From assembly GCA_039588275.1 (NCBI GenBank), contig JBDHAC010000011.1, positions 1-64,000 on the forward strand: a stretch of DNA of 64,000 nucleotides, given 5' to 3'. Shown here piece by piece: positions 57,229-64,000 of this stretch. Each line of letters starts with the position of its first letter. Position 1 is the stretch's first letter. The position numbers and the translations under genes are program-made. Source of the DNA: Gemmatimonadota bacterium. GTDB lineage: Bacteria > Gemmatimonadota > Gemmatimonadetes > Palauibacterales > Palauibacteraceae. The notes beneath the pieces were generated by a model that searched no databases, was not told where the DNA came from, and worked only from the letters and a program-made list of their open reading frames with translations.

Positions 57229-59697
57229 ATGACTCGCGTGCCGCTTCTCGATTGGATCCGGTCGTCGGTCCTCGCTTCGGCTGTCCTCGTTTCAGCTTGC
57301 CTCGTTCTCGTCCTCTCTCTGCTCGTCCTCGGCCCGTCGTTGGTGATGGCGCAGGAGCCCGCGGCCACTGGGCCGGCGGAGCCAGAAGTGGTCATCGGGA
57401 TGGTGATCGACGGCCCGTGGGAACGAAACGACGAGCTACTCCCTCTGTTCCGCGGCGAGATCGAGGAGCTGGTGAGGGAGGACTTCGGCGCAGCGGTTCC
57501 GGATGAGCAGGTTCTGATCGCCGACTGGACGCGGGCGGGCGTCCGGGCCGCCATCGATCGCCTGTTCGCGGACCCGGACGTAGACATCGTCGTCGGATTG
57601 GGGGTCTTGGCCTCGCATGAATTGACCCAGCGCGAAACCCTGCCGAAACCGGCGCTGGCCCCGGTCGTTATCGATCCCGATGCCCAGGGGCTGCCGGATG
57701 CCGGGGGCAAGAGTGGTATCCCGAACCTCAACTACCTCGCCATCCCGCTCACGCTCGAGACCGATATTCGCTCTTTTCTCGACATCGTCCCCTTCCAGCG
57801 GATGGCTGTATTGATGAGCCGGCGGGTGATGGACGCGATTCCGGCACTCGGTGAGGGGATTCCCGAGGCAGCCGCCGACCTGAACATCCAGGTCGACGTG
57901 ATCTCGGTCACGTCTGCGCAGGCCGCCCTCGACGCGATCCCCGGAGGCACCCAAGCCGTGTACATCGCTCCCCTGCATTCGTGGGCGGCGGGTGAGCTGG
58001 ATCACCTGGTGCGCGGGCTGATCGACCGTCGTCTCCCGAGCTTCGCGCGGCTCGATGAGCGCGAGGTCGAGCGCGGATTCCTGGCCACCAGCACTCCCAC
58101 CGCGTTCTTCGATCGGCTGGCCCGCCGGCTGGCCCTCAACGTTCAGAGCGTGTTGTTGGGGCAGGATCCTGGCGAGCTACGCACCGACTTCACGGTCCCC
58201 GCCCGGCTCACGATCAACATGGAGACCGCCCGCGCCATCGGTACCTACCCGCCGTGGGAGGTGGTTACCGAGTCCGTGCTCCTCAACGAGCGCGCGCAGG
58301 AAGTCGCTCGGACCTGGAACCTGGGCAATGCGGTGCGCGAGGCCGTGCAGGTGAACCTCGACCTCGCGGCTCGCAACCAGTTCGTGTCGGCTGGCGAGTC
58401 GGACGTGACCCGGGCCCGTGCGCGCCTCCTCCCTCAACTGGAGATCTCTTCCTTCGGGGCGGTGATCGATGAAGACCGGGCCTCGGCGAGCTTCGGACAG
58501 CAGTCGCAGCGGACTCTGTCGGGCTCGGCGACCTTCAGCCAGCTCCTGTTCTCCGAGTCGGCGTGGGCGGACTACTCGGCGCGACGATCGCTCCAGGACT
58601 CCCGCGAATACGACCGCGACGCCCTGGCGCTGGACATCTCTCTCGAGGCCGCAACCGCGTATTTGAACGTGCTCCGGGCCAAGACCTTCGAGCGCATTCA
58701 GCAGGAGAACCTTCGACTCACCCGCACCAACCTGGAGGATTCCCGTCTGCGTGAGCGGATCGGCGCGGGTCGGCCGGCTGAGGTCCTCAGGTGGGAGAGC
58801 CAGATCGCCATCGATCGGCAGGCGGTCATCAGTGCCTCGGCTGAGCGCAACGTTGCCGAGATGGAGCTCAACCGCCTCCTCAACCGACCCCTGGAGGAGC
58901 GCTTCGCCACCGAGGACACAGATCTCACCGATCCGGAGATATCGTTCGTCGGCCGGCTGTACCCGTACGCGGACGATCAATGGTCGTTCGACGTGTTCCG
59001 CCGCTTCATGGCGGCCGAAGCGCTCGCCAACGCCCCGGAGCTCCGCGCCTTCAGCGAGGCGATCGAGGCGCAGAACCGATTCCTGAGCTCGACCCGGCGC
59101 GCCTATTGGCTGCCGACGTTCGCGCTCCAGGCGGAGGTCACGAACGTGCTCAAACGGGGCGGCGCCGGCAGCGCGGGTTTCGCCGGGGGCGCGGCGCTGG
59201 ACAGCCTCGGGTTTGGCTTCACGGAGACCGACGACCTGAGCTGGAGCGTGGGTCTCGTCGGCTCACTCCCCCTGTTCGAGGGGGGGAAACGCTTTGCCGA
59301 GACACGTCAGGCTTCGCGCGAGCTCGAGAGGCTGCAGTTCGAACGCGGAGCCGTCGCCGAGCGAGTGGAGCAACGGGCCCGGATCGCGCTCCACAGGGCC
59401 GGGGCGTCGTACGTGAACATCGACCTCTCGCGCGCGGCCGCCAATGCCGCGCGCCGGAACTTCGAGCTCGTGCGGGACGCGTACGCCGAGGGAGCTGCCA
59501 CCATCCTCGACGTGCTGGATGCCCAGAACGCGTTCCTCGTCGCCGAGCTCGCGGCCGCCAACGCCGTATACGACTTCATCATCGACTTCATGCGGGTGCA
59601 GCGCGGTGTGGGCGGTTTTTTCTTCTTGATGAGCCCGGAAGACAGAGACGTCTTCTTCGAGCGATTGGATCGATTCATGTCGGAGAACCAACCATGA
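57229..59697 (+). CDS. TolC-family outer-membrane efflux protein with N-terminal ABC substrate-binding-like domain
   Basis: N-terminal region with YIAPL, LPSF, INMETARAIG; C-terminal OEP repeats (N.DL, LLPQL, AYLNVL, Y..G....LDVLDAQ). Confidence 0.85.
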   Translation: MTRVPLLDWIRSSVLASAVLVSACLVLVLSLLVLGPSLVMAQEPAATGPAEPEVVIGMVIDGPWERNDELLPLFRGEIEELVREDFGAAVPDEQVLIADWTRAGVRAAIDRLFADPDVDIVVGLGVLASHELTQRETLPKPALAPVVIDPDAQGLPDAGGKSGIPNLNYLAIPLTLETDIRSFLDIVPFQRMAVLMSRRVMDAIPALGEGIPEAAADLNIQVDVISVTSAQAALDAIPGGTQAVYIAPLHSWAAGELDHLVRGLIDRRLPSFARLDEREVERGFLATSTPTAFFDRLARRLALNVQSVLLGQDPGELRTDFTVPARLTINMETARAIGTYPPWEVVTESVLLNERAQEVARTWNLGNAVREAVQVNLDLAARNQFVSAGESDVTRARARLLPQLEISSFGAVIDEDRASASFGQQSQRTLSGSATFSQLLFSESAWADYSARRSLQDSREYDRDALALDISLEAATAYLNVLRAKTFERIQQENLRLTRTNLEDSRLRERIGAGRPAEVLRWESQIAIDRQAVISASAERNVAEMELNRLLNRPLEERFATEDTDLTDPEISFVGRLYPYADDQWSFDVFRRFMAAEALANAPELRAFSEAIEAQNRFLSSTRRAYWLPTFALQAEVTNVLKRGGAGSAGFAGGAALDSLGFGFTETDDLSWSVGLVGSLPLFEGGKRFAETRQASRELERLQFERGAVAERVEQRARIALHRAGASYVNIDLSRAAANAARRNFELVRDAYAEGAATILDVLDAQNAFLVAELAAANAVYDFIIDFMRVQRGVGGFFFLMSPEDRDVFFERLDRFMSENQP

Positions 59698-60812
59698 TGC
59701 CCAGAGGTTCTGCGGTCAGTATTCTGGCGGCCGCCGGGTGTGCCATTCTGACGTCGGTCGGCTGCGGAGATGGTGAGCCACCTCCGGAGACCCTGCGCCC
59801 GGTGCGCACCCAGCAGGTGTTTTCCACCGGAGGCGTTCGGGTCCGTTCGTTCTCTGGGAGCGCCCGCTCGGGCACTGAATCCCGGCTGAGCTTTCGCGTC
59901 ACCGGATCGATCGTCGAGCTGCCGGTCCGGGTCGGTGACAGTGTCGGCGTCGGCCAGCTCATCGCGCGTCTGGACGCGGAGGATTACCGACTGGCGATGC
60001 GCGAGGCGGAAGCCGGGCTGGCGCAGGCTCGCGCCCAGGCGCAGAACGCGGAGAGCAACTACGAGCGCGTGCGCGAGCTGTACGAGGCGGACAACGCGTC
60101 GCGCGCCGATCTGGACGCGGCGCTCGCGGGCTTTCAGTCGACGGAGGCGAGTGTTCGGGCGTCCGAGCAGCGTCTCCAACTCGCACGCCAGCAACTCTCG
60201 TACACGCGCCTGACCGCCCCCACGACCGGCGCGGTGGCCGCCGTCCCCGTGGAGGTGAACGAGAACGTCCAGGCCGGGCAGGTCGTCGTCTACCTCAACT
60301 CGGGCACCGACCTCGAGGTGGAGGTTGGTGTCCCCGGGGTGCTGATCTCGCAGGTAACCGAGGGCGACATGACCGAAGTCACCTTCGACGCCTTACCCGA
60401 CCGGGCATTCATGGCGACCGTGAGCGAAGTGGGCGTGGCCGCCACCGGCACGGCCACGACCTATCCGGTCACGGTCGTCTTGCTCGATCCCGATCCCGAT
60501 CTGCGCTCCGGGATGGCGGCGGAAGTCGCGTTTCGGTTCGAGTCCGGCGAGGGACGCGAGCTGTTCATCGTGCCGTCGATCGCGGTGGGCGAAGACAGGG
60601 GTGGACGCTTCGTGTACGTGGTCGAGCCCGAGGAGGGAGCGGTCGCCGAGTCGGGTGTGGGCATGATTCGGAGGCGTCCGGTCCGCGTCGGCGAGATGAC
60701 GACGCAGGGGTTCGAGATCCTCGAGGGGCTGTCCGACGGCGAGCACGTGGTCGTGGCCGGCGTCAGCCGCATCGAGGACGGCCTGCGCGTCCAATTCCGG
60801 TTGCCCGGGTAG
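59694..60812 (+). CDS. RND periplasmic adaptor (membrane fusion) lipoprotein
   Basis: Lipobox SVGC; LSFRV.G.I..L.V.VGD.V..GQLIA.LD; L.YT.L.AP..G; LRSGM.A; ATGA overlap. Confidence 0.93.
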   Translation: MMPRGSAVSILAAAGCAILTSVGCGDGEPPPETLRPVRTQQVFSTGGVRVRSFSGSARSGTESRLSFRVTGSIVELPVRVGDSVGVGQLIARLDAEDYRLAMREAEAGLAQARAQAQNAESNYERVRELYEADNASRADLDAALAGFQSTEASVRASEQRLQLARQQLSYTRLTAPTTGAVAAVPVEVNENVQAGQVVVYLNSGTDLEVEVGVPGVLISQVTEGDMTEVTFDALPDRAFMATVSEVGVAATGTATTYPVTVVLLDPDPDLRSGMAAEVAFRFESGEGRELFIVPSIAVGEDRGGRFVYVVEPEEGAVAESGVGMIRRRPVRVGEMTTQGFEILEGLSDGEHVVVAGVSRIEDGLRVQFRLPG

Positions 60813-60824
60813 GCGGGGATCGCC

Positions 60825-63800
60825 ATGAACATCACCCGCTTCGCGATCGAGAAGAAACGCATCACGGGAACGGCGCTGGCGGTCGTCTTTCTCGCCGGCA
60901 TCGGCGCGTACCGCACCATGTCCCGGGCGGAGGACCCCGGCTTCATCATCCGTACCGCCCTAGTCCAGACGATCTTCCCCGGCGCCAGCCCCGAGCGCGT
61001 CGAGCTCCTGGTCACCGACAAGCTGGAGAAGTCGATCCAGGAGATGCCCGAGCTCGACTTCATCAGCAGCGAGTCGAAGACCGGCGTTTCGGTCATCTAC
61101 GTGAACATCCAGGAAAGCTACCGGGAGATGCGCCCCATCTGGGACGACCTGCGCCGGAAGGTGGAGGACGCCCGCGACGAGCTGCCCGAGGATGTGATCG
61201 GCCCGTTCGTGAACGACGAGTTCGGCGACGTGTTCGGCATCGTGGTCACGCTCACCGGCGAGGGCTACACCTACGCCGAGCTGAAGGACATCGCCGATGA
61301 CATCCGCGACGAGTTCCTGCTGATCGACGAGGTTGCCAAGGTCGATCTGTTCGGAACGCAGGAAGAGCGGATCTTCGTCGAGTACGACAACGCCCGGCTG
61401 GCCGAGGTGGGACTCTCGCCCTTTCAGCTCGTCCAGCTCATGGAGAGCCGCAACATCATCATCCCCGGCGGCGAGCTGACGACCGAGGATGAGAAGATCG
61501 CGCTCGAGCCCTCGGGCAACTTCGAGACGGTCGACGACCTGCGGCGCAGCGTGATCACGGTGCCGGGGAGCCCGGATGTCCTCTACCTGGAGGACATCGC
61601 GACCGTGACGCGCGGCTACATCGATCCCCCGGAGAGCAAGGTCACGGCGACGGGCGAGCCGGCGATCGCGCTCGCGATCTCCATGCGTGAGGGAGGCAAC
61701 ATCATCACGCTCGGCGAGCGGGTCCAGGTCACGCTCGAGCGGCTCAAGGTGCTCTATCCGTACGGGGTCGAGCTCGAGTTCGTCGCGTTCCAGCCGTACG
61801 AGGTCGAGAAGAAGGTCCAGGACTTCCTGGGCAACTTGATTCAGGCGGTCGTCGTCGTGACGGCCGTGATGCTCCTCTTCCTCGGTCTCCGGACCGGGCT
61901 TGTGGTCGCCACGCTGGTGCCGGGTGCGATCATCTCCGCCTTCTTCGTGATGGGGATCTTCGGGATCGGGCTCGACCAGGTGTCGCTCGCCTCGCTGATC
62001 ATCGCGCTCGGCATGCTAGTCGACAACGCGATCGTCATGTCGGAGTCGATCATGGTCCAGATGGGCGAGGGGAAGCCCCCGATCGAGGCCGCGGTCGACT
62101 CCGCGAAGGAGCTGCGCGGCCCGCTCCTCATCGCCTCGCTCACGACCGCGGCGGCGTTTCTCCCGATCTTCCTGGCCGAGTCTTCGACCGGCGAGTACAC
62201 GGCTCCACTCTTCAAGGTGGTGACCATCACGTTGCTGTGCTCGTGGGTGCTGGCGCTGACCATGATCCCGCTCCTGTGTGTGCGGTTCATTCGGGTGAAG
62301 CGGCAAGAGGGGCCCGAGGAGCGCGCGTTCGATACACGATTCTACCGCTCGTACCGGGGATTCCTCACGTGGATGCTGCAGAATCGCGCCGCCACGATCG
62401 GCGTGGTCTTGCTGGTGTTCTTCGTATCGATGATGGGGTTCCGGTTCGTCCCGGCCCTCTTCTTCCCACCCACCGACAAGGCATTCATCAAAGCCGAGCT
62501 CGAGCTCCCGATCGGGACGCCCATCGAGCGCACCGAGCGCGTGGTGCACGAGGTCGAGCGCTTCATGCTCGACTCGCTAGCCCCTTCGGATGAGACCCCT
62601 GGAGTCGTGAGCTGGGCGAGCTTCATGGGGAACGGAGGCCCGCGCTTTCTTCTGGCGCACAACCCGGAACCGCCGAGTCCCAACTACACGTTCATGATCG
62701 TCAACGTCAGCGATCAGGCCGCCATCGAGTCGATCATCGAGCGCATCGAGGGCTTCACCTTCGCACGCTTCCCCGACCTCGAGGCAACGCTTCGGCGGCC
62801 CGAGAACGGACCGCCGATCAACACGCCTGTGGAGGTGCGGATCTCGGGCCGCGAGACGGATCAGATCTTCGCGATCGTGGACCAAGTGAAGGCTCGTCTG
62901 AGCGCGATCGCAGGCACAAAGAACGTCAACGACAACTGGGGAGCACGCACCAAGAAGCTGTTCGTGGAGGTGAGCCAGCCGCGCGCGCGGCGGGCCGGCG
63001 TCACGAGTCAGGACGTAGCCGTGTCGCTCCAGACCGGGCTGAGCGGAATCGAGCTCACCGAGTACCGCGAGGATGACAAGCTGATTCCGATAACTCTCCG
63101 CTCACAGGGCGCCGGTCGCCGGGATGTCGACAAGCTCGAGAGCTTCGCGGTGTTCGCGCAGGCGACCGGGCGCTCGGTGCCGCTCAAGCAGGTCGCGGAC
63201 GTGCGGGTCGAGTGGGAGCCTGCGAAGATCCTGCGACGCGACCGGTTGCAGACCGTTACGGTCGGCTCGCAGCTGGAGCCCGGCTATACGGCGACACAAG
63301 TCAACCGCGAAATCCAGCCGTGGCTCGAGGAGGAGAGCAGCACGTGGCCGCTCGGGTACCGGTGGGAGTTCGGTGGCGAGGCGGAGACGTCGGGGGAGGC
63401 CAATCAGTCGATCGCCGAGAAGCTCCCCATCGCCGCAATGATTATCATCCTTCTGCTGGTCGCCCAGTTCGATTCGATTCGCAGACCGCTGATCATCCTG
63501 ATGACCATCCCGCTCGGCATGATCGGCGTGATCATCGGCCTGCTGGTTGCGCGTTCCTACTTCGGGTTCATGACGCTGCTCGGGATCATCTCGCTTGCCG
63601 GGATCGTGATCAACAACGCGATCGTGCTCATCGACCGGATCCGCATCGAGGTCGAGGAGAATGGTCACGCGCCGCCCCGCGCGATCATAGAAGCGGCGCA
63701 ACGACGCCTGCGGCCGATCCTGCTGACGACCGCGACTACGATGGGCGGGCTGATTCCGTTGTGGCTGGGTGGAGGCGCGATGTGGGAGCCGATGGCGATC

Positions 63801-63914
63801 GCGATCATCTTCGGGCTCGCGTTCGCCACCACGCTTACGTTGGGCGTGGTGCCGGTGCTGTACTCGCTGTTCTTCCGGGTGAGTTTCAGGGGGTTCCGAT
63901 ACGGTGTCGGCTGA
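60825..63914 (+). CDS. RND efflux transporter permease (AcrB/AcrD/AcrF family)
   Basis: PGASPERVE..VT..LE, LGMLVDNAIV, GIVINNAIVLID, RLRPILLTT.TT.GGL.PL. Confidence 0.96.
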   Translation: MNITRFAIEKKRITGTALAVVFLAGIGAYRTMSRAEDPGFIIRTALVQTIFPGASPERVELLVTDKLEKSIQEMPELDFISSESKTGVSVIYVNIQESYREMRPIWDDLRRKVEDARDELPEDVIGPFVNDEFGDVFGIVVTLTGEGYTYAELKDIADDIRDEFLLIDEVAKVDLFGTQEERIFVEYDNARLAEVGLSPFQLVQLMESRNIIIPGGELTTEDEKIALEPSGNFETVDDLRRSVITVPGSPDVLYLEDIATVTRGYIDPPESKVTATGEPAIALAISMREGGNIITLGERVQVTLERLKVLYPYGVELEFVAFQPYEVEKKVQDFLGNLIQAVVVVTAVMLLFLGLRTGLVVATLVPGAIISAFFVMGIFGIGLDQVSLASLIIALGMLVDNAIVMSESIMVQMGEGKPPIEAAVDSAKELRGPLLIASLTTAAAFLPIFLAESSTGEYTAPLFKVVTITLLCSWVLALTMIPLLCVRFIRVKRQEGPEERAFDTRFYRSYRGFLTWMLQNRAATIGVVLLVFFVSMMGFRFVPALFFPPTDKAFIKAELELPIGTPIERTERVVHEVERFMLDSLAPSDETPGVVSWASFMGNGGPRFLLAHNPEPPSPNYTFMIVNVSDQAAIESIIERIEGFTFARFPDLEATLRRPENGPPINTPVEVRISGRETDQIFAIVDQVKARLSAIAGTKNVNDNWGARTKKLFVEVSQPRARRAGVTSQDVAVSLQTGLSGIELTEYREDDKLIPITLRSQGAGRRDVDKLESFAVFAQATGRSVPLKQVADVRVEWEPAKILRRDRLQTVTVGSQLEPGYTATQVNREIQPWLEEESSTWPLGYRWEFGGEAETSGEANQSIAEKLPIAAMIIILLLVAQFDSIRRPLIILMTIPLGMIGVIIGLLVARSYFGFMTLLGIISLAGIVINNAIVLIDRIRIEVEENGHAPPRAIIEAAQRRLRPILLTTATTMGGLIPLWLGGGAMWEPMAIAIIFGLAFATTLTLGVVPVLYSLFFRVSFRGFRYGVG

Positions 63915-64000
63915 GGACCGCTCCGGGCCGATGCCGACTCGTGCCGATGCCGTTTCGTCTGGACTAGAGATGCGGCGTGCCGACCGATAAGACCCTGCGG

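Overview
GC-rich, gene-dense bacterial chromosomal segment with about 50 CDS. Gene content resembles Gemmatimonadota (inference from VPS10/BNR proteins, paired amidohydrolases and many secreted peptidases). It is dominated by secreted or lipoprotein hydrolases (M1, M20, M24 peptidases, GH20, serine hydrolase, CapA-like) plus a cytoplasmic M28-like enzyme, ppsA, two ECF sigma loci, a PAS two-component pair beside a 2-TM ion channel, and an RND efflux operon. I saw no rRNA, tRNA, CRISPR array, IS or phage. Most notable: (1) a SigX-like ECF sigma / small protein / CmpX-MscS-like operon divergent from mscL, with three copies of a candidate ECF promoter ATGTGAC[C/T]-N16-[G/A]TC[C/T] upstream of the sigma operon, mscL and a DUF481/YdiY barrel; (2) a DUF4956 + SdiA-regulated + kinase-like/Omp85 fusion cluster; (3) a TolC fused to a substrate-binding-protein-like domain; (4) a SigR/RsrA-like pair with a GGAAC-N18-GTT promoter pointing at a CxxC DUF3179 gene; (5) several hydrolases with rewired metal sites; (6) nudC split by a -1 frameshift at G_GGT_TTG, and an orphan cyclase 3' fragment. 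All family calls come from motif recognition by eye, not database searches.
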